In this document: piece by piece, positions 12,012 to 23,400 of the stretch | How positions within the stretch are numbered: the stretch's first letter is position 1 | How the letters are laid out: each line of letters starts with the position of its first letter | Virus record (IMG/VR): IMGVR_UViG_3300012953_000015 | Span: 32,001-96,000 of that record | Reading direction: 5' to 3' (one strand) | DNA: 64,000 bases | Source: a virus | The notes under the pieces: model-generated | What the model was told of the DNA's origin: nothing | The model's database searches: none | The model's input: only the letters and a program-made list of their open reading frames with translations | Position numbers and translations under genes: made by a program

Positions 12012-14213
12012 ATGGATGAAAATCAAAGAGAGATTATCAAAAGAAGAACTAATGATGGGAAAAGTTCTGCTCCTTCTCGAGGGGTAGTAGTTCTTAATGT
12101 TTCTCCTCCTAAGTTTAATACTTTTAAAAAAAATCCTTCCGATGAAGCTACGATCAATAATTTGACTTATAACAACATATACGTTTACAATTTTTACACT
12201 ATGAACGAAAGAAATAAATACAGTTATAAGAATAGCGAATTTGATTTTACTGAAGTAAGAGGAATAGACGGTAAAAAAGTACAAAAGAATGATAATAATA
12301 CTTTGAGAAAAGTTTCCGGTTTTATACCATCTTTCATAAGGCTTTCTTGGGACAATTCTCATTCTTGGTCGCCAGCTAGCGTTGCTAGCCATCACCAAAT
12401 TGAACAATTTAAAAAACTAGTAGGGATTAAAAATTACCCAACACATGATTCAGATATAAATGAATTTAATAGGTTCCCTATAAGAGGACCTCAACCTGAA
12501 AGAGGGGGAGTTACTTTCGAGACTCACCAGCGTGACTATGTAGCGGTTACTAATGAGTATCTAGACATGTTCTCTGATTTGACTATACTCGCTCCACCGG
12601 CTACTAACCCTTGGTTCGCAGAAGAAATTGATGCGTTTCAGTCTATTTCTAGGTTAACGTTTCTGCAAAATGAAGTTATAGGCGGGGGCAACGACCCATA
12701 TAAAAACTTTTTGAATGTCTACGGGCAAAGCGGGCAGCAATTTCTTGACCCTCATCAAAGACTTATCCCTCAAACGCAAATTTCAGAATCAATACCAACA
12801 GTACAAGATTCTGCCATGCTAGAAGATTTACAATATCCTTTCGAGAATCGTACTCCAGATATTACATTAATATTAAATTCAGAAGCCGCTGCAGAAATCT
12901 CTAGGTCATCTTTAAAAAGCTGTGGGAATATTCTTTCTACGCAATCACAGATTAGAAATCTTAGACATTTAATAGAGCATAATGTTAATCAAATAGAGAA
13001 TCAAGCAGGGTATCAGACGCCTCTTGATAAGATTTTAAGCGAATCTACGTATTATAGCGAAACTATATTAGAGCCAAGTGCTCCGAAATATATTTCTGAT
13101 TTTAGAATTGTAGGTTTCGTGATCGAAAAGAGAGAAAAATCTAAATCTCCTTCCGGCGAATTAGGAGCTCCAAATTTAAAAATTAAAGAAAAGTATCCTT
13201 TAATATTTGTTCCTTGTTCTAGAAATCCGGATGAATCTGATCCTTTTATGCCTAATACTTACTTAGACACAGCTTTGAATTACGGTTCTGTGTATTCTTA
13301 TAACATTAGAAGCGTTTTTACCTTTAGTCTAAAGGTTCAATCTGGAAACGAAACAAGGGTAAGACATTATTTAGTTAACTCTGGTTATTCTAGAACTATA
13401 GAAATAGATTGCCTAGAGACAACTCCTCCTCCACCACCTAGAGATTTTGATATATTTTTTGATTACACTCTCAAGAATCAAAGATCTCCAGGCAAGCCTA
13501 GATTAACTTGGTCATTTCCTGTAAACCCGCAGAGGGATACCGCAGGCTTTGCAATTTTTCGTAGAGGAAATATTTATGAACCTTTTAATTTAATAAAAAT
13601 TATAGATTTTAATTTCTCTAACCCTAGTAGAAGAGGAAACGATTATAAGTTTGAAATAAGAGGTTCCGACAAAAATAGCATAATTAAATTCTGTGGTCAA
13701 AATGATACCTTTACTGACTTTGTAGATGAAGGTTTTAAGAACAACCAAAATTACATGTATACTATATGTTCTATAGATGCCCATGGGCAAATATCTAATT
13801 ACGGAACTCAAATTTTGGTAAATTACGATTATAAAAGCGATACCCTTAAAAAAGAGCAAGTTTCTCCTCCTGGATCACCTTTGATTTTTCCTAATTGGTT
13901 TTTAAAAACTAAAGCTTTTCCTGACGTAGCGAGGATCAGTAATTACAGGAGAGCTAATTTAAAGTTTAGGCCAGATTATAAAGAGATTAAAGTCGGGCCT
14001 AATAATGTAAACCAAAAAATTGTAAATGGAATTGACCCCGATGATGGCGGTCATGCGGATAACGCGTATTATCTGCAAATAATAAACCCGGATAGATCTA
14101 ATGATATAGTACTAAAATATCAAATAAACGACATCTTAGAAAAAATGATATCATCTGAAGAATTACAGGAAGTAGCTGATCACCTTGGGGTTTCGTTAGA
14201 AGATTTAGGATAA
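12012..14213 (+). CDS. Virion structural protein with fibronectin type III-like beta domains
   Basis: FN3-like patterns YLDTALNYGSVYSYNIRSV, PPPPPRD..LTWSFP and FVD..NYMYTICSIDAHGQISN; structural gene context. Confidence 0.55.
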   Translation: MDENQREIIKRRTNDGKSSAPSRGVVVLNVSPPKFNTFKKNPSDEATINNLTYNNIYVYNFYTMNERNKYSYKNSEFDFTEVRGIDGKKVQKNDNNTLRKVSGFIPSFIRLSWDNSHSWSPASVASHHQIEQFKKLVGIKNYPTHDSDINEFNRFPIRGPQPERGGVTFETHQRDYVAVTNEYLDMFSDLTILAPPATNPWFAEEIDAFQSISRLTFLQNEVIGGGNDPYKNFLNVYGQSGQQFLDPHQRLIPQTQISESIPTVQDSAMLEDLQYPFENRTPDITLILNSEAAAEISRSSLKSCGNILSTQSQIRNLRHLIEHNVNQIENQAGYQTPLDKILSESTYYSETILEPSAPKYISDFRIVGFVIEKREKSKSPSGELGAPNLKIKEKYPLIFVPCSRNPDESDPFMPNTYLDTALNYGSVYSYNIRSVFTFSLKVQSGNETRVRHYLVNSGYSRTIEIDCLETTPPPPPRDFDIFFDYTLKNQRSPGKPRLTWSFPVNPQRDTAGFAIFRRGNIYEPFNLIKIIDFNFSNPSRRGNDYKFEIRGSDKNSIIKFCGQNDTFTDFVDEGFKNNQNYMYTICSIDAHGQISNYGTQILVNYDYKSDTLKKEQVSPPGSPLIFPNWFLKTKAFPDVARISNYRRANLKFRPDYKEIKVGPNNVNQKIVNGIDPDDGGHADNAYYLQIINPDRSNDIVLKYQINDILEKMISSEELQEVADHLGVSLEDLG

Positions 14214-14238
14214 ATTTTACCGTTTTTTACCGTGGTAT

Positions 14239-14245
14239 ATAATTA
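14239..14245 (+). promoter_or_regulatory. Putative phage late promoter motif ATAWTTA
   Basis: ATAATTA starting 27 nt before ATG 14266; the same motif recurs before many structural genes. Confidence 0.5.
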
Positions 14246-14265
14246 GAAGTAGTTTTGGAGTAGTT

Positions 14266-14982
14266 ATGGGATTTCTCGATCATAGTACAAATAATATTAT
14301 AGTAGATGCTGTTTTAACAGATTTAGGAAGAAAAAGGTTATCGCAAAATAACGGATCTTTTTCTATTGTCAAATTTGCTTTAGGGGATGATGAAGTTGAT
14401 TATGGGCTTATACAAAAGTTTGGTTTAACGATAGGCAGAGAAAAGATTGAAAAAAATACGCCTATTTTTGAAGCCCAAACTAGTTCTTCCCTTGCTTTAA
14501 AGCACAAACTGCTAAGTTTGTCAAGTCAAGTTCAATCAACTTTACCTATTTTATCCCGCGGAGCATCCGGGCCTGTTTTAATTGCAAATAATAGTAATGG
14601 AGAATTGATAACAGTCGCTCAGACTCCAGGAGGAACAAATTCTTTTATAAGTCCAGAACTTCAAGAAACGGTAGTTATGGTAAGGGCTAGTACTAGGTTT
14701 GTAGAATTATTAAACTCTAACAATAACGTGCTAAACCCTGTTTATGCAACTGAAAGAGATAAAATGGGAATCTATAGGATACCTACTTCTTCAACCGCTT
14801 CGGGACGGTCAGTTACTTTTAAAATTAAACCTAAGGTGTCTTTAAATAATAATACTACTATCTACACTAATTTCGGAGATTCTGAAGGAACAATACACAC
14901 AAATATTACAGTTACAGGTCTTTTGTCTGGTTTTCAATTAAATGTTCCCGTTCAAATGCAAAAGCCAAGACCTGCTAACTGA
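14266..14982 (+). CDS. Baseplate/tail-fibre attachment-type structural protein
   Basis: N-terminal DAVLTDLGRKRLS..IVKFALGDDEVDY resembles the LTxxG...A.GD start of tail-collar-type domains; GGAG SD. Confidence 0.5.
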   Translation: MGFLDHSTNNIIVDAVLTDLGRKRLSQNNGSFSIVKFALGDDEVDYGLIQKFGLTIGREKIEKNTPIFEAQTSSSLALKHKLLSLSSQVQSTLPILSRGASGPVLIANNSNGELITVAQTPGGTNSFISPELQETVVMVRASTRFVELLNSNNNVLNPVYATERDKMGIYRIPTSSTASGRSVTFKIKPKVSLNNNTTIYTNFGDSEGTIHTNITVTGLLSGFQLNVPVQMQKPRPAN

Positions 14983-15005
14983 TATTTTAATAAGGAGAAT
15001 TAGCG

Positions 15006-16307
15006 TTGGCTGTTTTTAAATCTTTAATCGGAAACGATATTACACAAACAAGATCAATTTTAAACCAACTAGTTGACATCGTTAGAGAAGACATATCTGG
15101 TTCAAATTCCCGTAAGAGTTATGAAGTTTTCGTCACTTCTTCTGTCGGGCCAGGAGTAACTTCTTCTCTATACCAAACAGTTTTTGATCAAGATTTTAGT
15201 TTGCAAACTGCTAACAGCTTGTTTGATATGACTTTTGGTTTAAGACCAAGTTTGAATTTTTTAACTGATGGTACAGTAGATCCAAAAGTTTTTCTTGGCG
15301 GAGCTGGTATACAAAAAAGAAGGTATAAACCAGAATCCCTCATGCTAAGGGAAAAGCAAGACATATACAGACAGTTTGCTGCAACCCTACTAGGATCTGG
15401 AGAATCAGAATTCGTTGCGCCTTTCGAATCAACTCAAGATGCAAGTAAGATTGATTACGCAGTTTTTATTTCTTTTCACAGACTCTTCGTTAGAGACGGT
15501 ATAAAGAGAGAAACTTTTGCCATGAGGCTAAAACATAGGCTAGGTACTTCTAAAGTAGGAACAAGCTTTCAAGATAATTTGTTTCAAATACAGGGTACTG
15601 AAGAGAGAATATACACTGATTTTGGTTCTACAAATTTCCAGCCTGTAAATGCTGCTGGTAATGTAGGCAATATAGTTAATGCTAATAACACGACTGAAAC
15701 TGTTGGCTTGATTTTTTATGATCATGGTACGGTTGTTTTAAACGCAGCAAAAGTTTTTAATACTACTGATGTTGGTCATGGAATGATATCTGCAATGTCA
15801 AATACTACTAGCCAAGCATCAACAGCTAATAGCGTATACGGAACTACTGGCGTTATTCCGGCTGGCAAGAAACTATTTGGCCCAGAATCAGAATCAGGGG
15901 GTCAACTGGTATTTTCTGAATCTCCTTCAGATGATACTGGAGGTAGGCTATTTCCGTATTTCTTTACTAGCGCTTCTATTGACGATATCTGTGGCCACAT
16001 TGCTTCTACTAGATTTGGAAATGATTCAGGAACAGCAATAACATTTCAGAATAAGACTGAGATAAATTCTCAACTATATTTTATCAGGGCCATGCCAGAC
16101 GAGTTTAATTATTCAACCAACCCATCTTATACTAACGCTAGCGGAAATATTCAAGTTATAAAAGACGATTCTCGCCCGTTTTCTTTTATAACTACTGTAG
16201 GGCTTTATGGAAATTCTGATGAACTACTAGCAGTTGCTAAAACGTCTAGACCTATTGAAAAAAATGATGAAAAAGATCTTACAATTAGGGTTAGGCTAGA
16301 CTTTTAA
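15006..16307 (+). CDS. Baseplate/tail structural protein
   Basis: TTG start with AAGGAG SD; C-terminal FNYSTNPSY...FITTVGLYGNSDELLAVAKTSRP...IRVRLDF. Confidence 0.55.
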   Translation: MAVFKSLIGNDITQTRSILNQLVDIVREDISGSNSRKSYEVFVTSSVGPGVTSSLYQTVFDQDFSLQTANSLFDMTFGLRPSLNFLTDGTVDPKVFLGGAGIQKRRYKPESLMLREKQDIYRQFAATLLGSGESEFVAPFESTQDASKIDYAVFISFHRLFVRDGIKRETFAMRLKHRLGTSKVGTSFQDNLFQIQGTEERIYTDFGSTNFQPVNAAGNVGNIVNANNTTETVGLIFYDHGTVVLNAAKVFNTTDVGHGMISAMSNTTSQASTANSVYGTTGVIPAGKKLFGPESESGGQLVFSESPSDDTGGRLFPYFFTSASIDDICGHIASTRFGNDSGTAITFQNKTEINSQLYFIRAMPDEFNYSTNPSYTNASGNIQVIKDDSRPFSFITTVGLYGNSDELLAVAKTSRPIEKNDEKDLTIRVRLDF

Positions 16308-16321
16308 ATAGGGGAATTTAA

Positions 16322-18886
16322 ATGGCACTTATTCCTTTATTTCCAAGCGATTTTTTCTTTAAATCTATAAAAGTCCACCCAACTCAGCAATTTGTTTCTT
16401 CTTCTGCTGGCGTGACTGGTGATGTTTATCTTTTTGCCGAAAGAAGTAAAGCGATTAGAGATATCTCTAATGATCTTAAAGAATATCATTTTGATTGCTT
16501 ATCTGCTATTGAGTATGATTTCTCTACTGGTTTTAGAGGCTTAGCAGACGAAATAGCAGACACTAGAAGAAATAATATAAGCGATATAGTTTCTAACTAC
16601 ATAAGTAAAGTAAGCGAATTATCCGAGAGTCTAGATTTAAGTAAAAAGTTGATAACTTATCGATTCGATATACCACATAGGTTTAATGATAACTCAATCA
16701 GAAAATCTGTTTTTATTAAAAATTTATTGCCTTATTACCAAAATCATTACGATTATCCTTTAAATTTTGGTTTTACAAATTATCATACTTTAAATTTTTT
16801 CACATCATCAGCTCGTTATCCCTCTAACGTTCCTTCAAATTCTGCTTTAGTTTATCCAACTTCTGTAACTGTAGACTCTAAACCAGCGCGATACTATCCA
16901 TCTGGATCTTTTACTTTTGAGTTTTTTATAAATCCTAGATATACTACTGATACTTCTTCTGATGAATATACACCTGGAACTATTATGCACATGCCGAACT
17001 CATATTGCATATCATTACTTTCGGGTTCAGGAAAAGATGAATTTAATCGACCAAACACTTTTAGGCTAGCTCTTCAACTAAAAGACGCGGCTCAGAAAAA
17101 ACCTAGCCAATTAGTAAACCCTCCTAATGCATTGGCTTCTGGGAGCTTAAGCGATAGAATTTATATATCTGAAGATAATCACCTTACTTTAAACAATTGG
17201 AGTCACTGTGCTATTAGGTGGGGAGGTGAGTCGTTTAATAATTCTACTGGAAGTTTTTTCATAAATGGCAATAATGCTGGAGATATTGTAATTAGCGATT
17301 TAAACGCTTTGCATGCAAACTTTTCAAATTTAAATGATATTCCTGGTGGTTTAGTTGTTGGTAATTGGTATGAATCTTCTAACAGTACTTATAATCATAC
17401 AGGCGGTAGCTTAAGCTCAGCCGGTAGAGCGCAAAGAATTAATTTCATGTTTGATAAGTCCGCTAGCGAAAAATATGGTACTGAATCAATACTTAGCGGA
17501 AGTTCTGATGATACTGTTGAACATAATTTCTCTTTTCCTCTAAACGCGGAACTACAAGAATTGAAGATTTTTTCTAGATGCTTGAATAATTTTGAACTAA
17601 ATTCTTCTAGAAATAATGGATATTACAATTTTGACGATGATAGTTTTCTTTTTTATGTTCCTCCTTATTTTGTTCCATCAAGTTCTAACAGGAACATGTT
17701 AAAGACCGTTACACAAACTATAATATCTAGTAGCCACACCCCTTTTAATACTGATCTTTCTTTCGGGCAAGGAGCTAGATCAATAAACTTAGAAAATTTT
17801 GTTTTAAATTTAGTAAATGGAAGTCAACCAAGGTGTTTCAATTTAGAAGAATCTGTTTCTCCTGCCGGTGGCGATCCAGAAGACTTTGATGCGACTGATT
17901 TTGACTTCATGCCGGCAACTGATGCAATTTACCGCTTGCCTCAAAACAGGAAAAGAAATTTAACTATCCTCCCAAGTGATTTGGGTACTTTAAACCCAAG
18001 TTTTTCTTTTTTAGATAATCAAGTTAGGGAAATTACTTCTGGAAGTTCCGACGCTTTTTTCACCAATGATGCAGGTTTTAAGTTTGATGGTAATGTTAAT
18101 CTTCTGAATATGGTTTCTATAGACGAGACTCACGAAGAATTATCTTTTCTGGAAGATGAAGATAGAAACCCTGATAATATTGCTAATGCTTTATTACCCG
18201 ATCCGGATGTTGCTGTCTTTTTTACCAGCGAAGTTGACGAAAATGGGATGAATATTCCAACTGGAATAACGCGAAACTATAGTGATGTTTATGGAGACCA
18301 ATCTAATCGTATAGATTTAACGATATTGCACAGAACAAAAGATACTAATTCTAATGAAATTACTTTTTTTGATATATCTAACATGTTTTATGGTGATCTT
18401 ATAAAACCATCTTCTTTTAAAATACACGATCCAGAAGTCAGTGGATCTGCTGGAAAAATCAAACTAACATTCAAAGATAATGGTAATGGAAGTCTTTATC
18501 GCTGTGATTCAACAGGCAGTCACCCAACATGGTCTAGCGTAGGTAAAATACTTTACGAAGAGGGCTTAGTATCTATTTTAGATCCAACTATTCCTCCCTA
18601 TGGCAAAAAGTCATTTGATGTAAGCTTTTCAGGGGATAGAAACATTCACATTCTAGAAATGAGAGTACCTATATCTGCAGAAGAAGCTTTAAGCTCTTCT
18701 AATCCAACTTTTTCTAGATTGAAACCAACAGATTTGCCAAGTGATGAAGGCCTTTCATGCAATATGATTACTAACATGAATATTCACGATGAAAATTTAA
18801 ATGTTATTGGTAAAATTAATTTGTCTAGACCGATCGTAAGAAAAGAAAACGATAAGTACGTATTTAAGTTTAAGATTGATTATTAA
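16322..18886 (+). CDS. Baseplate/tail structural protein with a LamG/concanavalin-A-like domain; C-terminus paralogous to 15006-16307
   Basis: LamG-like SFTFEFFINP, WSHCAIRW, FFING, ELQELKIF; C-terminal SSNPTF...ITNMNIHDENLNVIGKINLSRP...FKFKIDY aligns with the previous ORF. Confidence 0.55.
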   Translation: MALIPLFPSDFFFKSIKVHPTQQFVSSSAGVTGDVYLFAERSKAIRDISNDLKEYHFDCLSAIEYDFSTGFRGLADEIADTRRNNISDIVSNYISKVSELSESLDLSKKLITYRFDIPHRFNDNSIRKSVFIKNLLPYYQNHYDYPLNFGFTNYHTLNFFTSSARYPSNVPSNSALVYPTSVTVDSKPARYYPSGSFTFEFFINPRYTTDTSSDEYTPGTIMHMPNSYCISLLSGSGKDEFNRPNTFRLALQLKDAAQKKPSQLVNPPNALASGSLSDRIYISEDNHLTLNNWSHCAIRWGGESFNNSTGSFFINGNNAGDIVISDLNALHANFSNLNDIPGGLVVGNWYESSNSTYNHTGGSLSSAGRAQRINFMFDKSASEKYGTESILSGSSDDTVEHNFSFPLNAELQELKIFSRCLNNFELNSSRNNGYYNFDDDSFLFYVPPYFVPSSSNRNMLKTVTQTIISSSHTPFNTDLSFGQGARSINLENFVLNLVNGSQPRCFNLEESVSPAGGDPEDFDATDFDFMPATDAIYRLPQNRKRNLTILPSDLGTLNPSFSFLDNQVREITSGSSDAFFTNDAGFKFDGNVNLLNMVSIDETHEELSFLEDEDRNPDNIANALLPDPDVAVFFTSEVDENGMNIPTGITRNYSDVYGDQSNRIDLTILHRTKDTNSNEITFFDISNMFYGDLIKPSSFKIHDPEVSGSAGKIKLTFKDNGNGSLYRCDSTGSHPTWSSVGKILYEEGLVSILDPTIPPYGKKSFDVSFSGDRNIHILEMRVPISAEEALSSSNPTFSRLKPTDLPSDEGLSCNMITNMNIHDENLNVIGKINLSRPIVRKENDKYVFKFKIDY

Positions 18887-18901
18887 TTTATATAATTCAT
18901 C

Positions 18902-19429
18902 ATGAAGTTAGGATTAGATATATCTACATCAACGGTAGGTTTTTGTGTTTTACGCGGTGATGACATTGAAGACATCGGGGCTATTGAACTTTCAAAATTA
19001 AAATCTATTTTTGAAAAAGCTCAAGAGTTTAGAAAAAGAATCAAAGAAATAAAAAAAACGCATAAGATAAAAGGTATCTTTATAGAAGAAAATCTACAAG
19101 CTTTTCGCCCGGGCCTTTCAAGCGCAAAAACTATAGTTACTTTGGCAAGGTTTAATGGGATGTGCTCTCTAATAGTCTCAGACATTTTTGAAATGGATCC
19201 TGTCTTTGTAAATGTTAATTCGGCTAGAAAACTAGTTGGCTTCAAAAAACAAAAAAATGGAAAAAATACTAAGGACCAAGTTTTTGATTTTGTTAAAAAT
19301 ATAGAGAAAAATGTATATTGGCCAACTAAGGTAATGACAAGAGGCCCTAGAAAAGGTACTGAAGTTTTTGAGAATTTTTGTTATGATATGGCAGATGCTT
19401 ATGTTATTGTAAAAAGCCAAGCCATGTAG
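18902..19429 (+). CDS. RuvC-like Holliday junction resolvase
   Basis: RNase H-fold acidic motifs LGLDIST, IFIEE and DMADA; 175 aa. Confidence 0.8.
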   Translation: MKLGLDISTSTVGFCVLRGDDIEDIGAIELSKLKSIFEKAQEFRKRIKEIKKTHKIKGIFIEENLQAFRPGLSSAKTIVTLARFNGMCSLIVSDIFEMDPVFVNVNSARKLVGFKKQKNGKNTKDQVFDFVKNIEKNVYWPTKVMTRGPRKGTEVFENFCYDMADAYVIVKSQAM

Positions 19430-19436
19430 GTAAAAA

Positions 19437-20402
19437 TTGTCGATCGCAGAAAAAACTAATTTTTTGAAGCGTTGTTTTAAGGTTGCTAATTTAACTTCGG
19501 ATAAGATAAACGCTGAAGTTCAATGTCCCAATAAATCTTGTAAAACACACGGAACAGGAAAACTTAAATTAATAATAAAGCTAGATACTCAACAATATAA
19601 TTGCTGGGTGTGTGGTACCTCCGGGGTTGGAGTCGCAAAACTAGTTAAAAAGTATTCTTCTTTTTATTATCAAGAATGTCAAAGGTTATTCAAAAGTAAG
19701 GAAAAACTAGACAATATTCAAATAGAAGATAAAACTGAAGAAATATCTTTACCGGATAATTTTATATTACTTGCAGAATCCATGAAATCTTACGATCCAG
19801 ATATTAAAGCTGCTATATCTTATGCAAAAAAAAGAGGCTTAGATGAAAAAAAAATTTGGTACTTTAAGATAGGCGCAACGACTTCTGGAAGATTAAAAAA
19901 AAGAATTATCCTACCCTCTTTTGATGCTGAAGGAAATCTGAATTATTACGTTGCTCGTTCTATCTTTGATAATAAGTTCAAGTATATAAACGCTAAAGTT
20001 CCTAAGAAAAATGTTATTTTTAATGAAATCAATATCGATTGGAAAAAAGAATTAACTTTAGTAGAAGGACCTTTTGATCTAATTAAATCTAACGATAATT
20101 CAACGTGCTTATTAGGTTGTTCTTTAAAAGAAGATCAAGATTTATTTAAGAAGATAGTAAAAAACAACACAGACGTTTGCTTAGCTTTAGATCCTGATGT
20201 AATAGATAAATCTTATAAAATAGCTGATCTTCTTCTTTCTTACGGGATAAACGTTCGTATACTAGATTGCAGTGGTTACGAAGACGTCGGCGAAATGGAA
20301 GATGATATATTTAAAAAAAGGTTAGCAAGCGCGAGAAATTTTGCTAGGGATGATCGGCTTTTAAATTTAATATCATCGATAAAGTCGGGGTCGATGATTT
20401 GA
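19437..20402 (+). CDS. DNA primase (Zn-binding domain + Toprim)
   Basis: CPNKSC...CWVC zinc motif, RIILP..YYVAR, Toprim LVEGPFD, LDPD and DVGE. Confidence 0.85.
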   Translation: MSIAEKTNFLKRCFKVANLTSDKINAEVQCPNKSCKTHGTGKLKLIIKLDTQQYNCWVCGTSGVGVAKLVKKYSSFYYQECQRLFKSKEKLDNIQIEDKTEEISLPDNFILLAESMKSYDPDIKAAISYAKKRGLDEKKIWYFKIGATTSGRLKKRIILPSFDAEGNLNYYVARSIFDNKFKYINAKVPKKNVIFNEINIDWKKELTLVEGPFDLIKSNDNSTCLLGCSLKEDQDLFKKIVKNNTDVCLALDPDVIDKSYKIADLLLSYGINVRILDCSGYEDVGEMEDDIFKKRLASARNFARDDRLLNLISSIKSGSMI

Positions 20403-20411
20403 GGTTAACAT

Positions 20412-23400
20412 ATGGGATTTAGGTGCGCTCATTTTGCTGATATTCACTTTAGAGGATTGACGAGGCATGAAGAGTATAAAGAAGTTTTTTCTAGAATATT
20501 TTTAGAATTAAAAGAAAAGAATTTAGACGCCATTTATATTGGTGGAGACATAGTTCACTCAAAGACACAGGGCATATCCCCAGAGTTGATTGACGTTTTA
20601 GTTTGGTGGTTCAAAGGACTCGCCGAGATAGCTCCACTACACGTCATTCTAGGCAACCACGATGGTTTGATTTTGAACAAAGATCGGCAGGACGCTATAA
20701 CGCCTATAATAGAAGCTATTAATAGCGATAGAATATTTCTCTACAAAGACTCTGGTACCTACGATTTAGAAGATCACGGGATAAGTTGGTGTGTATTTTC
20801 ATGCTTTGATGAAAGTCGTTGGGAGTCAGTTAAACCTAATCCTAAAAATATCAACATAGCTCTTTTTCATGGACCGGTCCAAGGTTCGAAAGTTGATAGT
20901 GACTGGGAAATAGACGAAAACGAACAAATAAACGTAAATTATTTTAAAGATTTTGACTTTGCTTTCTTAGGAGACATTCATAGATCACAATTTTTAGATA
21001 AAGAAAAAAGAATTGCTTATTGTGGTTCTACTATACAGCAAAATTACGGGGAAGATTTAGAAAAAGGTTACATGGTATGGGATATAGAGAGTAAAGATAT
21101 TTTTTCTACCGAATTTATATCAGTGCATAATAAAAAGTCCTTTTATACAATATCCTGGGAAGATAACATCCAAAAGACTTTAGAAAAAGTAGAAATTACC
21201 ATGACCGGAGGTAGGTTTAGGGTAAGATCAAATAAATCAATCCCACAGGCTGAAATTAAGCAGCTTTTTAATGAATTGAGAGAAGTATATAAAGCAACAG
21301 AAATTGTTTTCAAGTGGGACATTGAAGAAAAAAATGATGAAAAAATACAAATAGGAAATACCTCCATAGAAGAAGGAGATCTTTCTAATTCTAATACTCA
21401 CATTAAGCTTATGAATGAGTATACTAAAACTTTTGTTCTCAATGATGATGAAAGAAACATATTAGAAGACATAACAAAAAAGATTTCTTCTGAAGCTGTT
21501 AAAAATGTAAGCAAAAAGAACGTAAAATGGTCAATTAAAAAACTTAAGTTTAACAATACTTTTGGCTATGGAAGCAACAACGTGATTGATTTTGATAAGC
21601 TGAATGGAATCACAGGCATTTTTGGTAAGAATAGGACAGGAAAATCTTCTATACCGGGAACTATAATGTATGGTTTATATAATACAACAGACAGGGGTTC
21701 TATCAAAAATTTGCATATTATAAATTCTAGGAAAGGTTTTTGTAATGTTGAAATTGATATGAATATCAATGGTAAACCATACCGAGTAGAAAGGCAATCA
21801 GTAAAACACACTACTAAATCTGGAATTACTAATGCTTCTACTAGTTTAAATTTATGGAAACTTGATGTCCTAGGGCAAACAGTAGAAGATTTAAGCGGAG
21901 AACAAAGAAGAGAGACAGAGAAAGATCTTAAAAACTTAGTAGGAAATCCGGATGATTTTTTGTTGACATCTTTAGCTAGTCAAGGAGGAATGAACAATTT
22001 TATTCGCAATGGAGCAACAGTTAGAAAAGCTATTTTAACAAAGTTTCTAGACTTAGGTGTTTTTGATAAAATGTTGAATGTTGCAAAATCAGAGTTTTCA
22101 GAATTAAGGGGTTTAATGAAAAGCGCTCCAGACAGAGATTGGTCGACCTTGATAAGAACTCGCAGGATAGAACTTGAATCTCTTACTGAAGAAAGAAAAG
22201 AAGTTGAACAGCAGACTCAAATCATAAGAGATGAAATCCATGGAACTAGCTTATTATTAGCTACTCATGAAAATTCTGAATCTTTTACTGAAGAAGAGAT
22301 AAATTATCAACAAGAAAAAATTGAATCGCTTAAGTTTAAAAATGTAAAATGTAAAGAAGAAATAAAAAAGCACCTAAGTGAAGTTTCTGATATAGAATCT
22401 AAGCTTGCCAAGATATCACATATAAAGTCTCAATTTCCAATACAAGAACTAAAAGAAAAGCTAAATCAACAAAGAGAAATAGAAAATAGCTTACAATCTA
22501 TAGAGCACGATTTAGATAAAGAAAAGACTTTACTCAAAAATCAAAAAAAGTGTGCTAGCACTTTAGAAGTAGTTCCTTGCGGAGATTTATACCCTAAATG
22601 CAAGTTTATAAAAGATAGTCATTTAGCAAAAAACAAAATTCCAGAACAAAAGAATAAAGTTGATGAGATAAAACAAAATTTTAATGTAATTAAGAAAAAT
22701 CTTAAAAGTATCTTGAATGAATCTTTGGAAGATAAAATTAGCAAGTATGAAGAATTTCTTAAAAAAGAGTCAGAATACAAATTAGAAAAAAGCAGAATAA
22801 TAGTTCAGTTAAGAGAATTTGAGACTCAAGACACAAAAATAGCTAATAGTGTATCTGAAGAGTTGAAGAAATTATCAAAAATGAAATTAAATGCGTCTCA
22901 AACTACTGAATCGATTGAAGTAGCTAGGTTGAGAAAACATTTGAAAAACATTCAAGATAAAGCTAGGTTTTTAGATGCAGAAAAACTCAGTGCTAGCGAA
23001 AAGATTGGCTTACTCCAGCAACAACTAACTGATTTTGAAGTGGAAAAAGTAAAATATTCAGAGTTGAAAAAGAAATGGAATGCTTATAACGCTTTCTTAC
23101 AAGCTGTTGATAAAAAAGGTATTCCTTTAAAAATAATGAGCATTAAATTACCTCAGATTAACAAAGAGATTGAAAAGATACTTCACGGAGTTGTAGAATT
23201 TACCGTCGAAATTCAAGCAGAATCAAGCTCAAATTCTCTAGATGTTTTTATAAATTATGGAGACTCTAAGAGGATAATAGAATGCGCATCTGGTATGGAG
23301 AAAATGCTAGCTTCTTTAGCTATTAGGGTAGCGTTAATAAATGTTTCTAATCTTCCAAAATCTGATATGATTATAATAGATGAAGGCTTTGGAACTCTAG

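Noticed and set aside
14215-14233. Direct repeat TTTTACCGT x2 with 10-bp period
   Set aside because: Only two short copies and not noticed elsewhere; insufficient to call an operator.
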